Below, one piece after another: positions 12,363 to 24,428 of a DNA stretch of 64,000 bases (its first letter is position 1; each line of letters begins with the position of its first letter). Origin of the DNA: Eledone cirrhosa (lineage: Eukaryota); assembly GCA_964016885.1 (NCBI GenBank), contig OZ024746.1, forward strand, positions 8,556,001 through 8,620,000. Reading direction: 5' to 3'. The notes under the pieces are model-generated. The model saw only the letters and a list, made by a program, of their open reading frames with translations. It was not told the origin of the DNA and did no database searches. The translations under genes were made by a program, and so were the position numbers.

Positions 12363-14567
12363 TTTTCTCTTTCTCTTAATTTTGAGTATATTTTTTTGAC
12401 CGGCCACCTTCCTGGTGGCACGGTTGTAAAAGAAAAGAAATTGTCATCCCTTGAATCGCAAGAATGTTTTGCAAATTTTGAAGGTGCCAGCTATCGCAGC
12501 CATTTGTAGACTATGAATTAGGGAGCTGCGCTTTTTGTCCGCAAATCCAAGTTCAGTCATACTTTGGTCCAAGCGGGTTGGTATATAACCCGTAGCACCA
12601 ATAATGATGGGTATGAAGCTAAAGGTGTATCTTGGATACTGGATTTGTAAACTCCTCATCAATGGTCCGTAGATGTCCTCCTTCTCCTGTATTTTTCTGA
12701 CAACGTTTACATCAAGTGGGCAGCTGATCTCCACAACAGAACACGTTTTCAATGTGTGGTCCCAAACTACAATATCAGGCCGGTTGTGCTTTAATTTGGT
12801 GGCAGTTTTTATTTTCAGGTTCCACCAGTATTCCTTAGTGCCATCTGTCTCAATATATTCTTCCTCGTTTGTTGTTAATTTTGTTTTCCGAAGTGCGTTC
12901 CAGATGGTTCTAGCTATCCCATTGTGTCTGATGGGGAGGTAGTAGCGAGATGACATTCTTTCGCAGCTGGCAACAATGTGGCTTACATCCTCGATCTTTG
13001 TTTTACATAGCCTACATTTATTGTCAGTTGCTGGCCCTCCTCTTTTGTGCAGCAGATATTTGGTAGGGAGTTCTTGTTCCTGTATTGCATAGAGATATCC
13101 CTCAAGGTGTGATGTCATAAACTTGTCGGAACTCCATGCCAGGCTTTTTGAGTGGTTTATCCCCTCTATGGTCTGTGTTTTACGCCTCAAGTATCCATGC
13201 ACAACTTTTTCTGTAAATTGGTCAATTTTTTTATCTTGTTTGAACATTGAATAGGATCTTCCGATTTCTCTGGGTGAGAGATTTATATCAGGCTTTATTC
13301 CATATCTCTCCTCCAGATCAGTCGCTATTCTAATGATATTTCTTTTTTCATGGTCATAAACCTGGGCAAGATGGTTGCCAACCTTTTTCCTCTGTTGAAG
13401 GTGTTGCTTCAGTGTCACTATCCGGGTCTCATATGTTGTTAATATTGATTTTAGACCCCGGCCACCTTCCTTGCGTGAGAAGTATAGCCTATCCACATCA
13501 CCATTGATGTTAAAGTTCCCAGTAACACTGAGAAGTTTTCGAGTTCTAACATCCATCTCACTTAGTTCTTGCAATGACCAGTTCAGTAGGCCAAATATTG
13601 GCGTTAGAATTGGCACAGCATAAGTATTGTGGGCAATGTATTTGTTGTATGCTGACAGTTCTGATGACCATATTTTCTTTACTCTTCTGAGGTATTCAGT
13701 TCTGGTTCTCTCCTTATTTATAGGTCCATCATATCTGACATTCTCATCCTGTCCAAGATATCTGTAGTTGTCACCTGACTGCAGAGGTTGTATTGTCAGG
13801 CCGTTCATCTCTAGATTTCTAGAGGAGGGCACAGCTCTTCCACGTTTTACTGCCAAATATGCACACTTGGACTCACCAAATTTCATTTTGATGTCGGTTG
13901 AAAATTGTGTAATGAGGTCCAATTGTTTCTTGATGTCATTGATATTTGGCCCATACAACTTCAGGTCATCAACAAAGAAAAGATGGGAGATACTTCTGGT
14001 CCCACTTCTTTGTCCACCTTGTTTCCTGAGTAGGTAAGATAGTGGATTTAGTGAGAGAACGAAAAGTAGCACTGACAAGCTATCACCTTGAAAGATGCCC
14101 TTCTGGTAATGTATCTTATCAGTCTTAACCTGCTCCTTCTCACCTCTAAGGATCAAACTGGTGTACCAGTTCTTGGTCAGGCGTTCAACAGCAGCTACCA
14201 ATGGTTGTGGGACTTTAGCTAACTGTAAAGCCTTAACAATCCACCCATGAGGTACACTATCAAATGCTTTTTGATAGTCCAGCCACACCACAGTCATGTT
14301 TCTGCGATTCTTTGTTGTTTTTTCCTGAATCATTTTGTTAGTTAGTAGGTGATCTATGCAACCCCACACCTCCCTCTTTCCACCAGCTTGCTCAGGTGTT
14401 ATGATGTTGTTGGTAGCACAGTGATCCTGTAAGAACAGGTTAAGGCACCCAGTATATAATTTATACATGATGTTTTGGCAGGCAATTGGGCGGTAATTTT
14501 TAGCAAGGGTGGTTTGGCTATTTTTGGGAATGATGAGAATAGTGGCAGTTGATAACCATCTGGGCAT
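12363..14567 (-). mobile_element. R4/Dong-like non-LTR retrotransposon, 5'-truncated, inserted in (TACA)n
   Basis: RT + CCHC + RLE ORF, short 3' UTR with a gccacc/ggtggc hairpin, and ATGT repeats at both ends. Confidence 0.88.
12444..14567 (-). CDS. Reverse transcriptase + CCHC zinc knuckle + restriction-like endonuclease (707 aa, N-truncated)
   Basis: Motifs [67 protein letters not shown]. No stops. The track's N-terminal HTYI run is a microsatellite artefact. Confidence 0.9.
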   Translation of the reverse strand: MPRWLSTATILIIPKNSQTTLAKNYRPIACQNIMYKLYTGCLNLFLQDHCATNNIITPEQAGGKREVWGCIDHLLTNKMIQEKTTKNRRNMTVVWLDYQKAFDSVPHGWIVKALQLAKVPQPLVAAVERLTKNWYTSLILRGEKEQVKTDKIHYQKGIFQGDSLSVLLFVLSLNPLSYLLRKQGGQRSGTRSISHLFFVDDLKLYGPNINDIKKQLDLITQFSTDIKMKFGESKCAYLAVKRGRAVPSSRNLEMNGLTIQPLQSGDNYRYLGQDENVRYDGPINKERTRTEYLRRVKKIWSSELSAYNKYIAHNTYAVPILTPIFGLLNWSLQELSEMDVRTRKLLSVTGNFNINGDVDRLYFSRKEGGRGLKSILTTYETRIVTLKQHLQQRKKVGNHLAQVYDHEKRNIIRIATDLEERYGIKPDINLSPREIGRSYSMFKQDKKIDQFTEKVVHGYLRRKTQTIEGINHSKSLAWSSDKFMTSHLEGYLYAIQEQELPTKYLLHKRGGPATDNKCRLCKTKIEDVSHIVASCERMSSRYYLPIRHNGIARTIWNALRKTKLTTNEEEYIETDGTKEYWWNLKIKTATKLKHNRPDIVVWDHTLKTCSVVEISCPLDVNVVRKIQEKEDIYGPLMRSLQIQYPRYTFSFIPIIIGATGYIPTRLDQSMTELGFADKKRSSLIHSLQMAAIAGTFKICKTFLRFKG

Positions 14568-14758
14568 GTATGTATGTATGTATGTATGTATGTATGTATG
14601 TATGTATGTATGTATGTATGTATGCGTGTGTGTGTATGTATGTATGTATGTATGTATATATGTATGCATGTATGTATGTATGTATGTATGTATATACCTA
14701 TGCATGAATGTATGTATGTATGTATGTATGTATGTATGTATGTATGTATGTATGTATG

Positions 14759-14799
<41 letters not shown>

Positions 14800-14850
14800 G
14801 TACCTATGCATGTATGTGTGTGTATGTATGTATGTATGCATGTATGTATG

Positions 14851-14886
<36 letters not shown>

Positions 14887-14974
14887 TGTATGTATGTATG
14901 TATGTATGTGTGTATGTGTGTATGTATGTATGTATGCATGTATGTATGTATATGTATGTATGTATGCATGTATG

Positions 14975-15010
<36 letters not shown>

Positions 15011-15235
15011 TGTATGTATGTATGTATGTATGTATGTATGTATGTATGTATGTATGTATGTATGTGTGTGTGTATGTATGTACCTATGCATAAATGTGTG
15101 TATGTATGTATTATGTATGTATATATATATATATATGTATATATGTACCTATGCATGTATATGTGTGTGTATGTATGTATGTATGTATGTATGTATGTAT
15201 GTATGTATGTATGCACTTACACATATATATGTATG
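14568..15235. repeat. (ATGT)n compound microsatellite
   Basis: Directly visible; similar arrays at 12150-12212, 34981-35612 and 47357-47584. Confidence 0.92.
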
Positions 15236-15495
15236 TACTGAAATACGAATAAACTCCATAGTTGACCGCTCTATGAACTTTCAAAGCGGCCTCTATTTCG
15301 CCTGATCGTTTATCAGAAAGCTATAAAAACGACAGCAAATTGGCAACAATCGTGCATACAGCCGTATGCTACAGACAAGGGATAAATGCACATTATAATT
15401 AAAAGGCCACGTATTGGCAGATTCATTAGGGCGTCTGTTTTAAAATGCCTAGATATTTGTAACGGCTTAATGGACTGTGAGTTCAAATCCCGCGC

Positions 15496-15540
<45 letters not shown>

Positions 15541-15654
15541 GGAGGAGAAATGAGGTGAAACAGAAATGAAACATTGGTTACAGGTTAAAGTATAGTCTAG
15601 ATAGATGAGAAACAAAACGAGGATGTAGTTTATGGAACACCCGAATGATTTAGA

Positions 15655-16068
15655 AGTCGACCTTAAATAGGAAAATAACATTAAGAAAGACATGAAGGAC
15701 ACCATATTTTGTATTGAAAATTTTGAAAGTAGGTTTATAAGTAGGAATTTTCAGTAGATTTTTGTAGCTGTCTCAGTGGCCTAGTGGTAGGTGCGAGAGG
15801 GTTCGATCCTGGTTGAGAGGTACATGTAGTCTTTTTCAGTTTACATCCCATAGAAAAAAATTGAAAAGGTTTATCGGGAAGCCTACTCCCGACCACCACC
15901 GAACTTCCGACCAGGATCACCACCGTCTATGGTGCCGACAACTAGGCCGGCGAGACAGCTACAAAAGTATAATGAAAATTAATATTTACAAACCTACTTT
16001 CAAAATCAAAGTTAAAAAGTTGTGGTGCCGTTCATGGCATCCCTATCGTCATATTTAGGGTCGACTTG
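15655..16068. mobile_element. Old foldback/MITE with ~160-bp imperfect inverted arms containing a tRNA-like segment
   Basis: ttttgaaagtaggtttataag..tttttgtagctgtctc..ggcctagt versus actaggcc..gagacagctacaaaa..tttacaaacctactttcaaaa. A/B-box-like tggcctagtgg and ggttcgatcc in the left arm. Confidence 0.65.
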
Positions 16069-16456
16069 TCAATCTTCTGGCTCTTTGGTAACAACCATAT
16101 TACTCCTATGTGTGTTTAACTGCAATTTAATTTGATTATTTTAACAAGCAAATAATATATATATATATCTATATATAAATCCCAAATCATAGTAGATTCA
16201 AATATCAGAGGGGGGGGGGGGGTTTAGAAATTATAGTGCAAATAGCTGGAATCTGTGGTTGTACATTCTACTAAATCTAAAGCTTAGTGTATTCATTCAT
16301 GCATGCAAGCATACATATATAGTCGCACACACACAAGCATATATATATACTTACACATACACACGAACGACTGACCAAATAATGTTTGGTGCTAATGGGT
16401 TAAAGACATCTGTCAAATCAATTAGTGGTGAAGGGGGTGTATATATATATATATAT

Positions 16457-16700
16457 GATGGCTGCAAACTCTGCTAAGAGTACTGCAATCGCTTGTCAGG
16501 TTATAGAGTTCGGTACACTTTTAGGCTACGGCCAGTCACACAAACCTGTAACAGACCCTGAACAAGCAATGCCTATACTTTGAAGGTTTTTTAAATGGGG
16601 AAAGGTCTTGCACTCGACCAATCCCTCTCTCTGAGCATCGCAAACTCTACCCAAAAAGGAGAACTAGTCAACATCATCGGATGCTGGATTCGCAAAATTC
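16457..16700 (-). mobile_element. Diverged RTE-derived non-autonomous element, 3' part
   Basis: Begins gatggctgc..ctc..gagta like 25192 and 29102, and shares the ccaaaaaggagaact.gtc.acatcat.ggat block. Confidence 0.55.
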
Positions 16701-18395
16701 ATAATATCTTTTATTATAGAAGGTAAGATATTTTTCCGCAAAAATTTGATTGCACTTTTTTGTTTCCACTTATGTATATTTTGAAAATGTTATTTATTCA
16801 TTATACAAATTAAATGATAGCATTCTATATGTAGGTGGGCCCTTTCATCTCCTAGCAACCAATATCTTTAGACCCACTCCGCCACTGCATACACACATAC
16901 ATACATACAGCAGCTACGGACTCTTCACCTTCTGTATATGAAACTTTTATAACTTTTATAAGAGGCAAGATTGAAACATGAAATTCGAACCTGCATCGAT
17001 TTTTGAATAAAACAGTTTTTTTTATAGACACTCGGGTACACAACACCCTATAGTATATCGGTGCTTAGTGTAGCGAATGGCTTATAATTCAGAAATAAAA
17101 TTTCTTTTCTGATGGGGGGACGATGCGAACATGCAACGACATTGTTTAAGTACAATAATTATATTTGCTGAAGTCAGAAATCCACACGTGTTTATTATTA
17201 TAGATAAATGTGGCAACAGGTTTCGGGATGTTCAATGATAAAACAATTTTAACGGTCAAAAATACCGAAAACAGCGATTGTGTATCAGGGTGCTGAAAAT
17301 TCGTGTAGTAAGGTTGCATTAATTAGCTTTGTATTGATTCTAGATAAAATAATATATACATATCTATCTATATATAGCATACCTATATATATGTATAATT
17401 GTACGTATGTTTGCATGTTCATAAGAGCGTTTATATATATATATAATCGTACATTATATGCATTTAGTAAATATATATATATATATATATATATGTAAAT
17501 ACATATATATTTAGATATATGTATGTGTGTGTGAGTATGTGGTTGTGCGTGTTTGTATATATACAGTTATGCATGTCTATCCGGTGTATCTATGTGTGTA
17601 TGTACAGTACATACTTATACATGTATCTATGTGTGTATGTACAGTACATACTTATACATGTCTCGGCATACAGTTGACCGCTCTATGAACTTTCAAAGCT
17701 GTCTGTATTTGGCCCCACTCTTTATCAGCTATAAAAGAGACAGCAAATTGGCAAATGATACGTGTGTGCAGACGTATGCAGCAAACGGGGGAATGGGGCG
17801 TAGACGGGGGAAGGGGCGTAGATGGGGTGAGGGGAGGGTGCACACACTTTATTTTTATTGGGAGCCTTTATGAGCAAACGGACGAGTCTCTAGGTAGTCG
17901 CTTGTCCTGCTAGAAATAATAGTCAAATCTACTTGAAATCACATACTATTGTCTTTATAATGTAATCTACATTATATTGAGTACAGAGAAATATGGTACA
18001 GACATGGTTGGAATTTCTTTGATCATTGATCTGATTGACTCTGATCGTCTTAATCAATAATTAAGCTTATATTTCTGTACTTGTCTCTCTTAATTATTCT
18101 ACTTCCTCTTTATCACATTAATTTATTTTACGCCCACGCATAGACAACTACATAATATATATACGCACACACAGCACATATACATATACATATACACGCA
18201 CACACGCACAGCTACACATTCTTACACACGGACACTGATACCGACAGAAAACACACATGCACATACACATACACACATATACATATACACGCACACACAC
18301 ATCCAATAATATTGTCTCATTTTCATTCGTACTCACCGCATACATCTGTTAAACATCCACTCACTTTTCCACTCGATCTCTCACGGGCATTTATA

Positions 18396-18450
<55 letters not shown>

Positions 18451-18453
<3 letters not shown>

Positions 18454-18640
18454 AACGAGTAGGACCCCGACGGCTGAGCTCAAGCCGTTTCGACGGCTAA
18501 TTCTGGACTGAATTAGCCGTCGAAACGGCTTGAGCTCAGCCGTCGGGGTCCTACTCGTTCCTATTACCCACTCTACTACCCTAAGTATTGAGTACTTTGG
18601 TGCGTTATGGTCCACCTGGTTCCTTACCACATTTCCTTCG

Positions 18641-18642
<2 letters not shown>
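18451..18642 (-). mobile_element. ~195-bp hairpin element in (TA)n (copy 2)
   Basis: Reverse complement of 4911-5104, including the loop. Confidence 0.85.
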
Positions 18643-18683
<41 letters not shown>

Positions 18684-18821
18684 AATATAATTGGTAATAA
18701 GGTAGTAATAAATTACTGACCTTCACTGATTAGGGTTTAAAATATACATAACTATAAAAAGTTTTAGTATATACATAACCATAAATAGTATCCTTAATAT
18801 TATATATATATATATATATAC

Positions 18822-18879
<58 letters not shown>

Positions 18880-19119
18880 GTATATATATATATTAGAAAC
18901 CAAATGGATTCCAATAAGCGGAGTAATAGAAATTTTCTTTCAGCTTTATTTCTTAGTTGAAACAAATATGGCTACAGAAAATTATTTATAATTACCTGTA
19001 ATTGTTCGTTAATTTCTTTGCTGAATTATACTTCAATTAAGACCAGGTCAGATGTACTTTGTTGACTTCAACTGGGTCTCAGTTCATACACAAACCTCAC
19101 TCTCCTATATATATATATA

Positions 19120-19332
19120 TATAAAATATAAAAAAAATAATGAATAAAACAATGAAACAGTTCCTTATATTAAACAAAAAAAGTTCATTATTTAACGATC
19201 GTTTCTAGGATACATATGTGTTAGAATTGGCATGCATATTCAACAGATCTATGTACAAAATTATACAAAATTATACAAACTATCAAAATTAAATATACAT
19301 ACCAACACATATATATACCGTCTTCAGAAATA
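19120..19332 (-). mobile_element. Penelope-like terminal remnant with a long-stem-II hammerhead
   Basis: Minus strand attt-CTGAAGA...GAAA-cgatcg-TT-aaat; near-identical partial copy on + at 57579-57755. Confidence 0.6.
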
Positions 19333-19395
19333 TGTGCCTCTCCTTTGTTCTGTCCTACGCCAAAATGGCGTAGGACAGAACAAAGGAGAGGCACA
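19333..19395. repeat. Perfect 30-bp-arm hairpin (inversion junction)
   Basis: tgtgcctctcctttgttctgtcctacgcca-aaa-tggcgtaggacagaacaaaggagaggcaca. Confidence 0.9.
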
Positions 19396-19416
19396 GAAAC
19401 AAAGAAAGGAATCCCC

Positions 19417-19461
19417 AGTCACTGAAGAGGTCACAGAGTGTGTGACGAAAGAACTATGACT
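19417..19461 (+). ncRNA. Minimal type-I hammerhead ribozyme motif
   Basis: agtca-CTGAAGA-g-gtcaca(gagtg)tgtgac-GAAA-gaac-TA-tgact; 5-bp stem I and 6-bp stem II. Confidence 0.75.
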
Positions 19462-19603
19462 ATATATAAACAACTATCTGGTTGTGGAACCAACCAACCA
19501 ACCAGAAATTTATAAATTTGTAAATTTATAAATATATAATAAATTGAAGTGAAAGCAACTGGTGCGTGTGTTTCTTATTGGCAACATGACCCTCCCAAAG
19601 TAT

Positions 19604-19666
<63 letters not shown>

Positions 19667-19953
19667 TATATATATACATTATATGTACGTATATATCATA
19701 TTTCATCTCATCTCCTTCCAACGCCCCGATCTTTCAATGAAACTCAGGAAACATACCTATACAAGATGTCTAGATCCATCACCACAGTACGCATTCCAGT
19801 TTTTAATCCGGTGTCTTTCTGACGAACGTCAATGAAATTGCTGGGTTGTCTCAGTGCCTACCCCGTCCATGTGTTGACTGCTATGACACCAGACGCTATT
19901 TACTAAACTATTATTTAAGAACATTTGGCAGATTACCATAACATTCTATAGTA

Positions 19954-20133
19954 TAATTGTTTCTACTTTTGGCACAAGGCCAGCAGTTATCCTAGTGTAT
20001 TACTGGTACTTTATTCTATCGACCCCGTAAGGATGAAAGGCAAAGTTAACCTCGGCGGGATTTGAACTCAAACCATAAATGGCTGTAACTCTTTGCTGCA
20101 AAGCATGGCGTCAGACTCTCTACCGATACTGCC
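19954..20133 (-). mobile_element. tRNA-derived SINE (OK/Meta-like)
   Basis: Reverse complement of the 32599-32790 consensus. Confidence 0.85.
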
Positions 20134-20360
20134 TATAATGTTAAGAACTACTTGTAACATGTGGAAGTACATTAAGTCTAGCTGGTATTGTAGCTACTAC
20201 GTGGGTGTCCATATTTCGTTGATTTACTGTAAGAGAGATTCAACCGTTGCTATAATAAGCCTGATATCAATTCTATTTCTCTGAGAAATATATGTCATTC
20301 AATTTACCTTTCTTTTGTTAATATTCTATTCTAAGCTGACTCTCCAAGCTCCATGAAATA

Positions 20361-20580
20361 TTAACCCTTTAGCATTTAAACCGGCTGTTTTCGACCAGAA
20401 TTCTCTCACCTTTCAATTCTTTCGCTTCAAACGGGACATAACTGGCCTCTCATATTGATGTTATTGTTCTCAAAATAAATAATATCAAAATACAATAGAT
20501 TCGATATTATGGGAAATAAAGCCTTTACCGTGAAAATACAATAGTAAATATAAAGAGTAATGCAAATGTTAAAGGGTTAA
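20361..20580. mobile_element. piggyBac-type MITE
   Basis: TTAA-ccctttagcattt ... aaatgttaaaggg-TTAA: TTAA TSD and CCC/GGG TIR ends. Confidence 0.8.
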
Positions 20581-21229
20581 ATAAAGTTTAGTTGCTGTTC
20601 AGATATTAAGTTTATCACCATTGGGTCTGATACGAATGCCCAAATATCTTTCTTAGTAATGAAGAATAAACCAACCTTCTCATGTTTCTTTACTTCTCTT
20701 TCTAACAGTTCTTGGGCCTGAGGTATATCTTATGTCATTGACACACATAAGGTCCAACACAATGAATAAGCCCTTCTGCTTCTCTGGATATTGAGTCTAA
20801 GGTGAAGTTCTTCCAATGTCTCATGATATAATCAATTACAATTGTGCTGGGCTAAGGGGTTTGAGTTTCCCCCTGGAACACGCCTACAAGAATATTGAAA
20901 AAGCCTGGGGGTTGATGCTTTCATATCCTGGTTGTATTTATATGTAATGTTATATATATAAATGGAAAAAATGAAACGAAATTTCATTTCTAACTCTTAG
21001 TACGGCTGTTACTTAAATATAAGTATGTATACATACATGCATATATGTATACATACGTACAGTAGTATGTATATATATACATACATGCACACACATATAT
21101 ATGTACGTATGGATTTACCGAACATTTATTATAATGCTCGGTTTGTTTGTAAACAAACAAACATCCTGAATTAAGCCGTACAGTGTTTAGCAACCATCGT
21201 TGCCCTTTTGTTCAACACTGACAAAGGAA

Positions 21230-21270
21230 CGCTGTACTAGTTTCAAGCTTATTAGCTATCGTCAGCACCG
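21230..21270 (-). ncRNA. Minimal type-I hammerhead ribozyme motif (intact core)
   Basis: Minus strand: cggtg-CTGACGA-t-agct(aata)agct-t-GAAA-ctag-TA-cagcg; palindromic CTAG stem III. Confidence 0.78.
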
Positions 21271-21715
21271 TGTACCTTCCTGCCAGATGATTGAACGTCT
21301 GAAAGTATATACTTTCCTTATGCATATTAACGGCTGAGCAGCCTAATTTGCATATCGAGTGAGTTAGTCGGCCGGGCGCACCGAAAACGATTAATGGAAA
21401 AAATGAAATGAACCGAGCATTATAATAAATGTTCGGTAAATCCATACGTACATATATATATGTGTGCATGTATATATATATATACATACTACTGTACGTC
21501 TGTATACATATATGTATGTACGTATACATACTTATATTTAAGTAACAGCCGTACTAAGAGTGAGAAATGAAATTTTGTTTCATTTTTTCCATTTATTGTT
21601 TTCGGTACGCCCGGCCGACTAACTCACTCGATATGCAAATTAGGCTGCTCAGCCGTTAATATACATAAGGAAAGTATATACTTTCAAACGTTCAATCGAC
21701 TGACAGGAAGGTATA

Positions 21716-21756
21716 CGGTGCTGATGACAGATAATAAGCTAAAAACTAGTTCATCG
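21716..21756 (+). ncRNA. Hammerhead motif, mutated copy (GAAA to AAAA)
   Basis: cggtg-CTGATGA-cagataataagcta-AAAA-ctag-TT-catcg. Confidence 0.55.
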
Positions 21757-21984
21757 TTCCTTTGTCAGTGTTGAACAAAAGGGCAACGATGCTTGCCGAA
21801 CACTACGGCTAATAATTCGTGCTGTTTGTTTACAAACAAACCGAGCATTATAATAAATGTTCGGTAAATCCATACGTACATATATATATGTGTGCATGTA
21901 TGTATATACATACTACTGTACGTCTGTATACATACATGAATGTACGTATACATACTTATATATATATATATATATGTGTGTGTG

Positions 21985-22310
21985 CAAAAGGGAAACAGAA
22001 ATAAGAACGCAATCGGTACAGTATATGGAAGGGATATATTAGGTTAACGCTTGATATAGCAGGAAGAGGGTCCTGACGTTTCGAACGCTAGTCCTTCGTC
22101 AGAAGAAAGAATGAGAAATAAAATAGATTGAGTAATAAAATAGATTGGGCGGGATGGAATTGGAAAAATAACAGGTCCATTCATGTGACATCTCTTGCAA
22201 AACTGTTGGTGCTGGCGTTTCGTGTATGATTTATTCTTTAGAAAAGTGGATGCTGGAGCGCGTCTACCTGAAATGGAAAAAAAACGTTTTGTAAAAAGAG
22301 CTATACTTGT
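21985..22310 (-). mobile_element. Penelope-like pseudo-LTR remnant, family A (HHR at 22071-22106)
   Basis: Minus strand: tctt-CTGACGA-a-ggac(tagc)gttc-GAAA-cg-TC-agga; substitutions relative to the 5312 copy keep pairing via G-U. Confidence 0.75.
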
Positions 22311-22323
22311 GCACGTGCATAAG

Positions 22324-22440
<117 letters not shown>

Positions 22441-23030
22441 ATACGCCCGTACGAAGCTAAGAAGAAAAGTGTGTGTATATGTGAGATATATATATACTGC
22501 CAACTGTTCTTGTTTGGTAGATTACGTTTTAAGATTGTGATTTTAGGAGCACTTTCAGAATTCATTGTGATTTATGCAGAGTATTATAATATAGTAACTA
22601 AATATGGCTCCTTGGATCTCTCTCTCTCTCTCCCTCTTCGGTTGTTTCCGTCTAACAAATTACACACACATACACACACACATGAATCTATGTTATTTCC
22701 TATTGAATTCAAACGATAGATAACTTGTTTATACATTTTTCTCAGCAATAAAGAAAATGGATCAGCTTTATTTTGACTGACATGCGCTACTTTCGGAATT
22801 GATTGATGGCAAAGAATACGTAAGGTTATGTAGAACTGAATGATAGACAACCATACGAATAAACACTCTGGCTGCAGCTGTGCACGTGTGTGTAACGTTG
22901 TTGTGTGTACACAGGTATTTACACACTGAGGTATACACAAATATTATTAGGAACACTCAAACAGATAAGTACTTCTATAAATCTATTTCTATTTTTCTAT
23001 CCATATCTGAGCGAGCAAAGAAAATTTGTG

Positions 23031-23390
23031 GAATCACATATCGCATACTTTAGGAAAAGTGAATCACATATCGGATACTCAAGGAAAAGTGATTCACATA
23101 TCGGATACACAAGGAAAAGTGAATTACATATCGGATACTCAAGGAAAAGTGATTCACATATCGGATACTCAAGGAAAAGTGATTCACATATCGGATACTC
23201 AAGGAAAAGTGAATCACATATCGGATACTCAAGGAAAAGTGATTCACATATCGGATACTCAAGGAAAAGTGAATCACATATCGGATACTCAAGGAAAAGT
23301 GAATTACATATCGGATACTCAAGGAAAAGTGATTCACATATCGGATACTCAAGGAAAAGTGAATTACATATCGGATACTCAAGGAAAAGT
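23031..23390. repeat. 30-bp minisatellite x12
   Basis: Unit ga(a/t)t(c/t)acatatcggatactcaaggaaaagt. Confidence 0.95.
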
Positions 23391-23442
23391 GGAGGGGAAA
23401 AACATGAAAATTAAATATTTTGATTAGTACCTGTGCCAATTC

Positions 23443-23496
<54 letters not shown>

Positions 23497-23752
23497 TCAA
23501 CCAATTGCCTCCTTCACGGAACCATGGTTCAACTAAGCACCCTTGCGATATTAACACATTTTGAACTGCTTAACTTCAATGACTGTGCTTGTAAATAACA
23601 TTATTTTTTCTTCCACATTGACTTTTTACGTTCCACATTATGCACGTTTTTTTTCCTTTTTCTTTTTTCTTTTCACTTCTTAAACCTTGTTTGTATATAA
23701 CATTATTCTTTCTGCACATTCTGTTTAACATGTGCGACACCACACTAATACA

Positions 23753-23802
23753 TGTCACTATCATTTGATAATGCATATAAATGCTGAAACCGGTAATAGA
23801 CA
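23753..23802 (+). ncRNA. Hammerhead-like motif with U3-A8 core (weak stem I)
   Basis: TTGATAA-t-gcat(ataa)atgc-t-GAAA-ccgg-TA-ataga. Confidence 0.5.
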
Positions 23803-24012
23803 ATAATTAAATATATAAATAGATAAATAAATGCCATTGTTAAATAATAAATAAATCAACTAATACCTTAACACTTCACACAAAGTAAAACATTTCGTTT
23901 TAATCATTTTCTAACCCAGAAAAAAGAGAGAGAGAAACAAAAAAGGAAAAAAAATATTTTTTTCTTCCTCATAATCGTCTCTTTCTCCCTGTTTTCATAT
24001 ATATATATATAT

Positions 24013-24082
<70 letters not shown>

Positions 24083-24085
<3 letters not shown>

Positions 24086-24248
24086 AAAATGAGGGTTTTT
24101 TTTAAATGAAAAAAAAAACGAGATTTCCTACACAAGTGAAAGTATAAGGAAAAAAGATAAAATCGAAAATGCACTGGAGTCTTTTTAAGAATAAATATTC
24201 TTAAAAAGACTCCAGTTGCATTTTTGATTTCAGCTTTTTTCCTTATAC
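24083..24248. mobile_element. (TA)n-flanked asymmetric hairpin element (Penelope-type terminus; related pieces at 40683-40915 and 58880-59035)
   Basis: Inverted arms centred on aagaata-aa-tattctt; shared aagactccagttgcatttt.gatttca block. Confidence 0.65.
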
Positions 24249-24308
24249 ATACACACACACACACACATACACACATACACACAGACACACACACAGACAC
24301 AGACACAG

Positions 24309-24345
<37 letters not shown>

Positions 24346-24370
24346 AATATATATATATATGTGTGTGTGA

Positions 24371-24420
<50 letters not shown>

Positions 24421-24428
24421 GTATATAT

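Larger units (their letters stand above)
20959..21960. mobile_element. Non-coding ~430-bp hammerhead-containing unit in tandem and inverted arrangement (retrozyme-like)
   Basis: Minus-oriented unit 20959-21410 (terminal redundancy at 20961/21393). Plus-oriented 1.3 units 21411-21960 (repeat at 21411/21839). TA-flanked. Confidence 0.8.

Noticed and set aside
14568-14969. HTYI-repeat N-terminus of the 841-aa ORF
   Set aside because: In-frame read-through of the (TACA)n target array upstream of a 5'-truncated element.
15765-15820. Functional tRNA gene
   Set aside because: A and B boxes are present but the anticodon arm is missing and no cloverleaf forms.
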